This document shows, in pieces, positions 1 to 11,148 of a DNA stretch of 64,000 nucleotides (positions are counted from its first letter, which is position 1; each line of letters opens with the position of its first letter). A program made the translations under genes and the position numbers. Source of the stretch: Rhizodiscina lignyota. Taxonomy: Eukaryota. The notes beneath the pieces were generated by a model. It did no database searches and was not told where the DNA came from. It worked only from the letters and a program-made list of their open reading frames with translations. The stretch is taken from the NCBI GenBank assembly GCA_010015805.1, contig ML978125.1, positions 372,001 to 436,000 on the forward strand, given 5' to 3'.

Positions 1-329
1 TGCAGCTTTATTAGCACTGTTTTGGGGTTTCGCATAAGTTCTGGCACTGTTTTAAAATGTTCTGCATGTACGATTCTTGTTATTTCCGGGATGACATGTT
101 GTAATGGCTGTACGAAAGGTTGGGAGGAAGCATGCAGATTACGCATGTATGATAGATAGAATTGGCGTTCACCGACACGGTTTTCATGGGATGCCATAGA
201 GCAGGTTCTGGGTGGGCTTCGGGGAACGAGGATATGAGCCCTTGATTTCTTCTTTTTGTGCTCTCTTCGATAGAGTACCAGCCCAATGCCATGCAGGGGC
301 TAATTTAACATGAACAATCTATCCATCGT

Positions 330-2355
330 TCAGAACTCAAATTCCTTCCTAAACACATCAATATCCATCGCTGGGCCGACCATATCTCCCAGATCTCTCC
401 TGCCCATCTGACTAAATACCCTGCGTAGGGTGTCAAACAAATTCGTGCTCTGATTTTGCTGTATCATCCGGTCCAGTTCGTTCTCGCTAACTCCCGCGCC
501 GCCGCCACCACCTTCTACAATCTCCCGCGCCTTTTCGCGGCCCTCACGCTCAACGACCTTGTGCATGGCCAGCGCGCCGAGCAAGTGCTGTGCCGCCTCC
601 TCGTAGCAGCCGATATTGATACATGACACGCCGAGGTTGTAGCGCGCGCGAACAAAGTTGGGGCGGAGTGCCAGCGCGCGCTCGTACGCATCGATGGCTT
701 CTTCGCTGCGGCCGGAGTTCGCAAGCGTTGCTCCAAGTCTATTCCACAGCAAGTGGAGCTGCGACTGCTGGTTCGTCGTGCCGGATTCGGTGCTCGCGAG
801 CGCGGCACCGAAGCAGTCGACTGCTTTGTCGTACTCCTCTGCGCCGTAGAAGAGCACGCCGAGGCCGACTTGCACGTCTGGGTCCATTTGCTCACCAGTG
901 GGCGAGAGCTGTGCGGCCTTGATGAAGTCGTCTGTTACCTTTTCATGCAAGGCATGGCGATCGGTGAAGCCGATTTGAGCTTCTGAGGAGATGGGACCAT
1001 CCATTACGTCGGGATATTTGGTGGCTAGCCAGCGCTCGAGGGTCCGATATGCAGTGCTGTCGTACCCTTCGTTTGTGTATGAGACGGCGAGACCCATGAG
1101 TGCCTCCAGATTAGAGGGATCGAGTTTGAGAGCCTGTTCTAGTGCGCGGATCGCTGGTGTCTCCTTTTCGTTCTGCGCTTGTGCCGCTCCGAGCTTCACC
1201 CATGCTTCGACATGCTCCGGGTCTTTCTGGACGGCTGCTTCGAATGCCAATGCTGCGAGTGACAGGTTGCCACCCTCTTCCATGATTCGCATACCCTCAG
1301 CAAATGGATCAGAAATATCTTTGAAAAGGTTTTCTTCTTCAAACAAATAGTCGCCTAGCTGTGGATCATTCGAATGCGTGTTCAGGCCGTCGAAGCCCTC
1401 CCATTGGTCCAGGTCGCCCATGTGCATGCCGTCGACGAAGTTTTCTTCTTCGACGAGTTGCCTGGCGTGAGCTGTCTCAGCTTGAATGCCACGCCAGATG
1501 GACTCGAAGTCACCAAAGTCATCAGTCACTGACCTGTCCATTTCGTTGAGCTCCCGCTCCATCGCCGCATTCGCCTCATCATCCAGCTTCTGCTCGTCCG
1601 AAATCGTCTGGTCCGACTCCATCTGTGCAAACTGCGCTTCCCAGTGCTCATCGTCGAGCTCGACCATGCGCCCCTTGCCCTTGCCCTCGTGCTGGATTGG
1701 CTGTTGGTACATCGGGCTGTAGTTGTTCATCATGCCCATGCCCATGCTGTTCATGTTGTATCCCATTCCCATTTGTCTTTGATACATCATTGACGGTGTG
1801 CTGTTGATCGGGCTTGCTGTTCGTGCGTCGTGACTTTGGTTCATCTGTTGGAACTTTGCGAACTCGGCAGGATTGAAACCTCTAGACGTGGGTTTCTGAA
1901 ACGCAGCTTCCATATTTGCGCCATCCATACCGGGGTCAAACTCCGCTGCCCATCCCGGGGAACTGTTATGTGACGTTCGTTCGAGCTCTCTCCGCATTTG
2001 CTCCATGGCGAACGGAGACTGAGGGCCTGGTGCTTGCATGTGGCTCGGCTGCTGCATGAAGTCGTCCATCATCTGCAGAGCCATTATCAGCATATTCTGT
2101 CTCTTTGTATTCTCCGCATATACAACATCTGCGAATTCTCTGGATAGGATTCGCGCATTACAAATGCATCAAGACACATACCTGATCTCCTCCTGGCCCT
2201 CCCATTGCCTGACTTCTCATTCCCTCTTGCAGACCAGCTGGCCCTCTCCCAACCAGCCTGTCTCTTTGTAATGTCTTGTCATCTTGGACATGTTTCTGAA
2301 ACTGGCTGAGAGGGTTGGCTCCCGTTGAGCACTCCGCGCCACCGAGGAAGGACAT
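330..2355 (-). CDS. PEX5: Peroxisomal targeting signal 1 receptor Pex5
   Basis: Exons 2355-2182 and 2072-330; intron 2181-2073 (GTATGT..GCTGAT..CAG). N-terminus MSFLGGAECSTGANPL has the conserved Cys; WxxxF motifs (WAAEF, WEAQF); C-terminal TPRs (LWNRLGATLANSGRSEEAIDAY..RARYNLGVSCINIG). Confidence 0.97.
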
Positions 2356-2887
2356 GGTGTTTATCGACAGACCGCGCGAATATGGGAGAGAGATACCACA
2401 CCAGCGGTGAGTGAATGAGGAGAAGTATGTACAAGAGAGCAAGAGAAAAAAGATGAAGATGTAGGGTCAAAGGTCGGCTCGGAAGTGGCGTGAAGTTCGT
2501 TATGCGGATGCAGGGCAGGTACTTGAGTTTCCGCGTTCGGGATTGTGGGGCAGAGAAGCCGAGGTGTCCCACGGCGTCATCGCCGTGACCTTTTCAAATG
2601 GTCCAAGGTACGTAGAAAAAGTCTGGAACACGTTGAAATACATTCAAGAGCTATAGTATGAGGAACAGGACAGAGCCCCGATTCATCCTGACCTTGGTAT
2701 GGGAAGTATGCTGATTCCATGCCTCGCATATTCAGTGCGCCTCTGACGCCACGGCAGTGTAGACCTAAGCTATCAGAGACGGGATCTCTAAAAGATTTAT
2801 AAGTATCTCCCTCCAGTTGGTTTTCTCATCTCCTTGGGATAGCATCACTTATCGCACTCTCTCCTTAAGCTACTAGAGTTAAGCATA

Positions 2888-3319
2888 ATGTCTTCATCGA
2901 TGCCTGATAATTTTAATGTTAATCCACCCGATCTTCCGCCACTCGCACCAACCTACTCCCACATCTCAATCGCTCAGCTCCTCCCTTCTACTAAGCTCCT
3001 CTCTTTCGCCGGCCAAGTCGGTCACGATTCCATCAGCAACAAAACTCCGCCAGACTTCGCCTCTCAAGTTGCCGTTGCTCTTGCGAATGTCGACAAGTGT
3101 CTCTCCACTGCAGGCGCTACCAAACAAGACATTGTTCAAGTGCGGCAATACGTCGTGGGTTTGAGCAAACAGAGTCCCGAGGAAAAGAAGGCGAGAGCAG
3201 ATGCGATCGAGAAATTCATGGGGCCATGCAAACCGCCCAGTACGTTGATTGGCGTGGAGGGTCTGGCGGTGCCGGAGTTGCTGTATGAGATTGAGATTGT
3301 GGCTGTTGTTCATAAATAA
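2888..3319 (+). CDS. Rid (YjgF/YER057c/UK114) family protein
   Basis: 143-aa single-exon ORF with YSH, FAGQVG, QVAVALANV..L..AG and PPSTLIGVEGLAVPELLYEIE motifs. Confidence 0.88.
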   Translation: MSSSMPDNFNVNPPDLPPLAPTYSHISIAQLLPSTKLLSFAGQVGHDSISNKTPPDFASQVAVALANVDKCLSTAGATKQDIVQVRQYVVGLSKQSPEEKKARADAIEKFMGPCKPPSTLIGVEGLAVPELLYEIEIVAVVHK

Positions 3320-4082
3320 TACAAACGATTAACTCTAGTGGAGAGCTATGATGGACCATGCCAAGGCCGCTCCTCTTAGAATTGTCTAGTGTTCGCTCGA
3401 ATTAGAGAAGGATGTCTCTGTGTAAATTGGATCGGCTATGAAGTATACGTTCAATATGTCTCGGAGTGAGCGCAACCAGCTGGGTACTTCATGTAGCACA
3501 GGCATTCAACACCGGCGGTATAAGCCGACACTTGCAATCTAATGTTCTTTGCCACTGCTATCACTGTCCACAGACCCATGCTTGAATCCCCATCTCCCAA
3601 GCTGTGCGAAGGATCCGAGACCGATTGCCGTGGGCTTTATCATCTCGAAGTCTTCGCGAGCGGTTGACATGGCCGGGGAACAGGCGTAATCATCTAGGAG
3701 GTACGTTCGAAGACAATTATAAGATTTATTAAGCTGTACAATGACCGCAGAGCAGTTTGCAATGGTTGCACAACCATGCGACGTTGAAGATTCGACCCGC
3801 GAGCAAGCTACCGAGAATGTTTGCACATAATTCAGTGAGAGGGGTGATGTGGGTTGAGACTATTTACGCCGTCTACGCAATGTTTTACAGTCGCTTTACA
3901 ACGAAAATGGTGAAATATTTTGGGGGAAACGACACTCAGGAAGTTGAGAAGGAGAGGGAGAAAGAGGAACCGCAACGCACAGGGCAAAGCGGACTACTAA
4001 TAACATCGAAGCCGGTTCAAAGCCAGCCGCTCATGTCAAGATTTGCGCCGAACACTGACCAAAACCCAAATGCCAGATCCCT

Positions 4083-5310
4083 CTATTGCTGCCGACTCGG
4101 TTGTGAAGACATGCCATAGTCCACTCTCAATCGTCTGCCATAAATCTCTTTGTCTTTCAGCGCCTCCATTGCTTTCGTTGCACTCGGAATGTCGATGAAG
4201 TCCGCATGTGCGAAGCCTCTTGGCTGGCCCGATCGGCGATCGATGGCAACGCGGACGTCGAGCACGTTGCGAATCTCACGGAAGAGGTCGTTCAGGTCTT
4301 TGTCCGACATTTCGAAGGACATGTTGCCGATGAAGAGGGTCTTGCTGGGTGGGTTCCTGTTCCGGGGTGAGGTCAAATTGGAGGTGGGTCGTGGGCGCGC
4401 TCGGTGGTATTGGACAGCAATGCGACGGCCTTGGAAGACTTCTTGGTTACGAGTGTCGATGGCGCGCGTAGCATCCTCAACGTTCTGGAACGTGACGTAG
4501 CCGAATCTGCGGACGATATCGTTAATAAACGTTCAATAATGTAGTGTTGCGGAGAAAATCCTATGAGCATACCCTTTGCTCAGGCCGCGATGATCGTAAA
4601 CGATTCTCACGGATTCGATAGGACCGGCGGTCTCAAAAAATGTCCTAAGATCATCTTCTGTGCTCTCGAAGAACAGATTGCCGACATATAAGACGTTGTT
4701 CTTAGGTATCTCAGACTCTGCCAGGCCGGAAGGACGCCTCGTGGTTTGAGCAACAGACGAAGCAGCACTTGCGACAGCACCTGCCGCAGCCCCAACGGCA
4801 GCACCGACAGTCGAAGATGTATCTGGCTGCGATTGTACAGGTTCCGACGTTGAGATCTCTGCAAATTTCGTTCATTAGTACTTTGCAGCGAAAAGCATTT
4901 CCAATTGTATTTGCGACACCTACCCTCAATCTCAGGCGCGGCAGCAACAGCTTCGGTCTCCTCTTTAATTGGTTCTTCAGACTCCTTTGCCGTTATCTCC
5001 TCCGTTAAGCTCGCTTCGCCTTCAGTTGGTGTCTCCGTGACAGTTTCATCCGTAGCCTCCACATCAGCGAGCTTCGCCTCCGTGCTCTCGTCTGAAGCAA
5101 ACCTCCTCTGGAACCGTGATATTGCCCATTGTGGTTGCGGCTTCCAAGCTGGAGATGAGCATGTGACGAATGTTCGCGGCGCGGAAGCTACGAAAGGAGT
5201 GGAAGAGACGGTTCGCGTCGAGAGCGCTCGAAGCGCTGCGCGGCGGAGAAAAGACCTGCAAAATTCATCAATTACGTAGCAGCAAATTACGAAATCATCC
5301 TTTCTTACAT
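4083..5310 (-). CDS. Two-RRM RNA-binding protein with likely mitochondrial presequence
   Basis: Predicted introns 5308-5256, 4923-4859 and 4572-4507. RRM1 VYVGNL..KGFGYVTF; RRM2 LFIGNM..RGFAHADF. N-terminus MSFLRRAALRALSTRTVSS..QRRFAS is Arg/Ser/Ala-rich and free of acidic residues. Confidence 0.88.
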
Positions 5311-5761
5311 GATCGCAAGTGATGTTGAAGATGAGCTTGCTCGCGACTGGAGAATCAACTTTTTAGAATCGGATGGGGGAAAGGTCGACTAAGGAATTTC
5401 TGCAGTCGGCGTTTCCCGCAGCCAATCAGAGCTCGGTTCTGCGTAAGGCCCCTGGGCCTTGACGTGCATAAATTCAGCATAGGGGCATTCTTTCGGCAGA
5501 CATGGGCTTCTTTCACGTTCAAATTGAGTATTGTGACAGCTTCAGAGTTTCATATTCAGATTTTAAAGCTATACTTCTTAACCCGCGCCACTGTGCTCTC
5601 TTCGAGCGGGGGCCTCCCAACGCTTTAATCAAACCATGAGAAGCGCATTGCTGATCATGCGTTGACTAGATGCATGTACTGTCAATTTTCCTTTCTTCAT
5701 TGGCAGACGGACACTGCGCAACAGTCGTGTTGCTCGAAGATCTGCCTTCCAAAGTTTCCTC

Positions 5762-6890
5762 TCAGCCTTGCACTCGGAACGTACGGCCACTCGCCGTTTT
5801 GCGTTCCTTTTCTTCGCTGTCGGGCCGTGCTCTTCGAAGAACTAGAATTTTCAGTCAGTATAGATTCTTCTCATACAATGCTGACACACTTGCCTTGCAG
5901 GAAGTCTGCCGTCCGCTTCCGCATACGTGAATGGATGTATGCCTTTGATGCTTTGATATGATAATGAAAGTAGTCACGGAAGGTCTGGATATGTGAAATG
6001 ACCTCTTCTCGTCTTTGCGGCGTAAGGTGTCGAGGGAAGAGTACTGGAAATGTCAGCCCGGTACTTCGTGCCAAAGCACTCTACGAGTCTCACCAAACGT
6101 AATGTATCCGATCTCACCGCTACCAGACGAAACGACACCTGGTACGTTTTGGAGCTCCAGAGGAGCATCGCTGCGGAACAATACCTGAGGCGCATTTTGT
6201 ATAGCTCGCCGTCTTGCATCGACAAACTCCTGCAAGAACACCTTTCCAAATACCCGGTCCGTCTCGTCGCTGAACCTTGTGCTGAATATGACCGTCACTC
6301 TGTCGTGACTGGCCTTGATGTATATTGCCTCCTCCTCTCTGTAGTGAATGGCGCGCACTTCTCCTCCCTCCATGACACCTTGCGGCGCAGATTCTGATGT
6401 GTATTTCGATGCCTCCTCCTGCAGCGCCTTGAACTCGTCGAATGCCTGCTCGAAGGGAGCGGCCATCACGTTCCGCTTGAGCAATGATATTCTTCGCACG
6501 AGGTCATCGCGAGCGTCTTGATCTGGCGGTAGACTGTCAAGGTCTACAGAAACAGAGAAGTCGTATCCTTGCTCTGGTGGGACGATGAAGGGGCCATATT
6601 CTCTCTCTAAGACCTGTTGTGCTCCATATTTGACGAGCTCGTTGAAGCAGCGGAGAGCTATGGAAATTTGTATCTTGCTTTTGGACTCAGGAGTGGAGAT
6701 GTGGAAGGTAACGCCATCGAAGTCTGAGACCACTTGGTCAATTGAAGTTGGTGCAGCACTGTGCTTGCAGTCAGTCCTTCTTCTGCCTGGCAATGGAGAT
6801 GGATTTCATAATAACCACTGTGACTTACCCAGCAAGGCGATCTTTGAGGAGGGATTCTATGAGAACATTTTGGTAGTCGAGGAGAAGCAT
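5762..6890 (-). CDS. ARC35: Arp2/3 complex 34-kDa subunit (ARPC2)
   Basis: MLLLDYQNVLI..DFDGVTFHISTP..FGKVFLQEFVDARR..FRDYFHYHIKASKAYIHSRMRKR. Three introns; the last (5893-5842) is GC-AG. Confidence 0.96.
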
Positions 6891-7150
6891 GGCTGCGCAC
6901 CAGACCTGCTCTCCAGGCGCACGTAGGGTGTGATTGAAGCTATACAGAAGTGCTCTCGATTCCTAAACTCCTCGAGCAGCCCACCACGAAGCTCGCATGA
7001 CGAGGCGCTTCGGAAGAAGTATTTCCCCGGTCTGCGTTGTGGGGCACCTAGACCCCTGCTCGCAGATCGACAAGGGTCTGCATCTGAAGATTGAGTTTGA
7101 GGAAAAAAAGTTGTCGAAAGCATCAAAATTCAAAATTAACTCGTGGAAGC

Positions 7151-10042
7151 ATGGTGAAGAGCTACGCCAAATACGAGGCATCTCACACCTTTGGCACTGT
7201 CACATCTGCCATCGCAAACACCATCTGGACTTTCGACTCCGAGACTGCTGGCCGTCATACTGGATCCGGGGTCGCAGTTGTCGGTGCAAATGAAGAAATT
7301 CTGCGCTGGGACGTAAAGAAAGGGGAACTGATTAGCCGATGGAAAGATGGCATGAGTACAGCAACCGTGACGGCTCTGGCTCGAAGTGGTGCCGATAGCG
7401 ATGTTTTCGCCGCCGGCTACGAAGATGGTAGTATCAAATTATGGGATGCGAGAACGGGTACTGTGATCATCAACTTCAATGGACACAAATCCGCAATCAC
7501 GTCCCTTGCATTTGATAAAAGTGGCGTACGACTAGCAAGCGGATCAAGAGACACCGACATTATTATCTGGGATCTGGTCGCTGAAGTTGGCCTCTTCAAG
7601 CTGCGTGGACACAAGGATCAAATAGTATTAGTCCAATTTCTCCAACCGGCGAAATCAGAAGCTGGATCCGAAGAAGAGGAAGCCGTGGCCGACGATGAGA
7701 ATTTCACTCCTGGATATATCATCTCCGCCAGCAAAGACGCCTTGATCAAAGTGTGGGACATAACATCTCAACACTGTGTCGAGACACACGTTGCACAGTC
7801 TAATGGAGAGTGTTCGGCATTTGCCATCTCTCCGGACAGCAGCGGCTGCATATCAGCAGGCGCTGATGGGGAGCTCAAAGTTTGGGCAATAGATGGTGCA
7901 TCTCTCTTGAGTCCTGCGACGCCTTCATCACAGACCAAGTGCCTCACGGATCGCGGAATTCTACGACGATCAACACAGGATCGAACCACTGGTGTGAGCT
8001 TTCATCCTCGTGGTGGTTATATTGCTGTACATGGAGCCGAAAAATCTGTTGAGATATGGCGGATCCGAACCGTCAGCGAGATTCAAAGGAGTTTGGCCAG
8101 AAAAGCGAAACGTCGGAAAGAGAAGGCAGCGGCTGTGCAGACAAATGGTGATGACGAGGGCACTTCTAAAGAGCAGACCGAATCCTCACTTGACATCTCC
8201 ACGGCAGATGTCAGCGAAGTGTTCGTTCCGTATACGACTGTCAGGACGAGCGGAAAGTCTCGATCAATAGATTGGTCGCCGTCTCTCGCTGGGAAGTCGC
8301 TGCATCTTCTTACCGCCATGTCTAACAACCTAGTCGAAACTTACAGGATTCCGACCAAGCAACGGAGCAACCAAGAGAACGATTCGATGGAGCCAACCAG
8401 ACTACACTCAGTGGACCTGCCTGGGCATCGAACCGACGTTCGGTCATTAGCTCTCAGCTCTGATGATCGTATGGTTGCCTCTGCATCAAGTGGTGCTCTT
8501 AAGATATGGAATGCTCGGACAGAAACTTGCCTAAGGACCTTGGAGTGCGGATATGCTTTGTGCTGCTCCTTCCTACCCGGAGACAAGATTGTTCTGGTCG
8601 GCACAAAGAGTGGGGAGCTAGAACTTTTTGACATTGCTTCTTCCACACTCATTGATCGAGTCCAAGCCCACGAAAATGCAATATGGGCGCTGCACGTACA
8701 CCCTGATGGCAGATCTGTCGTCACAGGTAGTGCTGACAAGTCGGCCAAATTCTGGAACTTTGAAATTGTTCAAGAAGAAATACCCGGAACGAAGCGCACG
8801 ACGCCCAAGCTCAAACTTGTACATACACGGACATTGAAGGTGAACGACGACATACTCTCGCTATGCTTTTCCCCCGATGCAAGGCTATTAGCTGTCTCTA
8901 CTCTCGACAACACCGTAAAGGTCTTCTTCACAGACACACTGAAACTCTTTCTCAACCTCTATGGGCACAAACTTCCAGTCCTCAGCATGTCCATATCATC
9001 GGACAGCAAGCTCATTGCCACGTCCAGCGCGGATAAGAACGTCCGTATATGGGGACTGGACTTTGGTGACTGCCACAGAGCACTTTTCGCACATAACGAC
9101 AGCATTATGCAAGTCAAATTCATACCCCAACCCTCAAGTGAGGACGGTCACTTCTTCTTCAGCGCCAGTAAAGACCATGCCATCAAAACCTGGGATGGCG
9201 ACAAGTTCGAACAAGTTCAAAAGATCGACGGCCACCATGGTGAGATTTGGGCAATGTCTGTCAGTCGCACGGGCGAGTTCGTGGTCACTTCGTCGCACGA
9301 CAAGAGCATTCGCGTTTGGTTCCAGAGCGATGAACCGATCTTCCTGGAAGAAGAGCGAGAACGGCAAATGGAAGAGCTTTACGAGTCGACGCTAACAACA
9401 TCGCTTGAAGCTGATGTGGACGGAGAATACGAGCAGGAGGGCCGAGACCGAGCAGTGGCTGCCACGAAACAGACAATCGCGACCTTGACGGCAGGTGAGC
9501 GCATTGTAGAAGCCCTCGAACTTGGAAAGACGGATCTCGAAGTAATGGAAGACTGGCACAGGCGGAAAGCCTTGAACCCGAAGATTGCACCTCCAGACCG
9601 CGACCCAGTATTCCTGGCTCTGAATGGTATCAGTGCGGAGCGGCACGTTCTCAACACGATATCGAAAATTCCCCCTGCACAGCTACATGATGCGCTACTG
9701 GTTCTACCATTTTCGGTATTACCCACACTCTTCACATTCTTGGGCATCTGGATCCGCATGCAGTGGCATACGGCGCTTGTGTGTAGGGTGCTGTTCTTCA
9801 TGTTGAAGACTCATCAGAGGCAGATCGTTGGAAGTAAGGAGCTTAAGGTGCAACTTGAAGACATGCGGCGGGATTTGAAAAAGAGTTTGGGTGGCATGAA
9901 GAATTCGCTGGGCCTTAACTATGTTGCTCTGGGCTTCGTAGAGCAGCGTGTGCAAGAGAAGAGCAATTCAAGGCTCGAAGATGTGGAGAGCAATGACCCT
10001 ACGGCGGGACGGAAGAAGAGAGCATTTGTAGACGTTTCATAG
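7151..10042 (+). CDS. DIP2: U3 snoRNP / SSU processome WD40 protein Dip2/Utp12
   Basis: Intronless ORF starting MVKSYAKYE, many WD40 repeats, LYGHKLPVLSM..SADKNVRIWGLDFGDCH signature and a C-terminal Utp12-type domain (LHDALLVLPFS). Confidence 0.96.
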   Translation: MVKSYAKYEASHTFGTVTSAIANTIWTFDSETAGRHTGSGVAVVGANEEILRWDVKKGELISRWKDGMSTATVTALARSGADSDVFAAGYEDGSIKLWDARTGTVIINFNGHKSAITSLAFDKSGVRLASGSRDTDIIIWDLVAEVGLFKLRGHKDQIVLVQFLQPAKSEAGSEEEEAVADDENFTPGYIISASKDALIKVWDITSQHCVETHVAQSNGECSAFAISPDSSGCISAGADGELKVWAIDGASLLSPATPSSQTKCLTDRGILRRSTQDRTTGVSFHPRGGYIAVHGAEKSVEIWRIRTVSEIQRSLARKAKRRKEKAAAVQTNGDDEGTSKEQTESSLDISTADVSEVFVPYTTVRTSGKSRSIDWSPSLAGKSLHLLTAMSNNLVETYRIPTKQRSNQENDSMEPTRLHSVDLPGHRTDVRSLALSSDDRMVASASSGALKIWNARTETCLRTLECGYALCCSFLPGDKIVLVGTKSGELELFDIASSTLIDRVQAHENAIWALHVHPDGRSVVTGSADKSAKFWNFEIVQEEIPGTKRTTPKLKLVHTRTLKVNDDILSLCFSPDARLLAVSTLDNTVKVFFTDTLKLFLNLYGHKLPVLSMSISSDSKLIATSSADKNVRIWGLDFGDCHRALFAHNDSIMQVKFIPQPSSEDGHFFFSASKDHAIKTWDGDKFEQVQKIDGHHGEIWAMSVSRTGEFVVTSSHDKSIRVWFQSDEPIFLEEERERQMEELYESTLTTSLEADVDGEYEQEGRDRAVAATKQTIATLTAGERIVEALELGKTDLEVMEDWHRRKALNPKIAPPDRDPVFLALNGISAERHVLNTISKIPPAQLHDALLVLPFSVLPTLFTFLGIWIRMQWHTALVCRVLFFMLKTHQRQIVGSKELKVQLEDMRRDLKKSLGGMKNSLGLNYVALGFVEQRVQEKSNSRLEDVESNDPTAGRKKRAFVDVS

Positions 10043-10491
10043 TGCTTATATTTCTTCTACAAGAATATGCTTTCAGCAAATACCCCAGTCGAGTACATCA
10101 AAACCAGCCGCCCTCTTGGAATTTCTATCGTCGACGAGACGCGCATATGCTTCCCTCTACCCGAACTCCTCTAACACCTCGAAACCACCCTGAATTGCTT
10201 GTTCAGTCTCGGAAGTGGCAAATAGCTGGCGCCAGCTCAGCTGTAATGCGTGAGAGTGAACAGCCTTTGCCTTTCAAGATAAGCGAGACTATCTCCGAAA
10301 GCTCGATTGTACGTTCTTCGGAATGTACTATATGATAGTGAACCGTCGACAAACTTGGACGCTTTATTAGTTACAGGAGCTACACACAATTGCTGTCCAG
10401 TGTCCTGAAAGCTGCGTCCAACCTTTTTGTCGCCCTCGAAGGAGTATGGAGTCGAAAGCATTGGAGCCATCTCGATCGGCCAGTGCAGCGA

Positions 10492-11148
10492 CTAGCGGTA
10501 TAGAAGTTTGCTGAGGAAGGAGCCACTAGGTCTCTGTGGCTTTGCTGCTTGTTGCTCTGCTTGTTGCTCTGCTTGTTGCTCTGCGACATAGTTCTCGCAA
10601 ATCGCCCGGTATAATTCCCAAGCTATCATATTGCAGGTCATACCTGGTGTCAGCTGTGGCCAAATATCATTGCTGTCAAAGAATTCCGCTGCTGGCAGCT
10701 GTATCTTGTCAAGCATTGCTCTCGCTTCTTGCTCCTCCCCCGGGTTCAGGCTTGCTCGGCGGATGATGTCCGCCCCGCGGCGAAGATGCTCGATGAAGTT
10801 TACAAGATTGAGAGAAGTCGTCCATCGATGATCGTCTTGGCGAAGGTCGTAGAGCCATTCTCGACAGTCCTGGTACGTCCAGGTGTTCGGATCTTTCAGT
10901 TGATTTCGAGGACCTTTCTTTCTGCGCCGAATTTCGCCGTTCGGGTCCATGCTTTTCTGCCAACGCTGAACACACCCACGGGTTATCGTTGCTGTAGGAA
11001 ATAAATGGACGATTACGCCATCAGTGTCCAGTATCGAAAGGCCTGTCGTCTTTCCTTCACCGAGCATATCATGAAATCGCCAAAGGGCACAATCGCCGAC
11101 TTTCTTTGGAAGAATATCCGCAGCTGCTCTGCTACCTCCGCTGCCCAT
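10492..11148 (-). CDS. Hypothetical protein with N-myristoylation-like start (MGSGGS)
   Basis: Open frame of about 218 codons from ATG 11148. No family recognised. Three AEQQ repeats near the C-terminus. Confidence 0.55.
   Translation of the reverse strand: MGSGGSRAAADILPKKVGDCALWRFHDMLGEGKTTGLSILDTDGVIVHLFPTATITRGCVQRWQKSMDPNGEIRRRKKGPRNQLKDPNTWTYQDCREWLYDLRQDDHRWTTSLNLVNFIEHLRRGADIIRRASLNPGEEQEARAMLDKIQLPAAEFFDSNDIWPQLTPGMTCNMIAWELYRAICENYVAEQQAEQQAEQQAAKPQRPSGSFLSKLLYR
10547..10584. repeat. 12-bp tandem repeat x3 (GCTTGTTGCTCT), encoding AEQQ x3 on the minus strand
   Basis: Directly visible perfect repeat. Confidence 0.9.
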
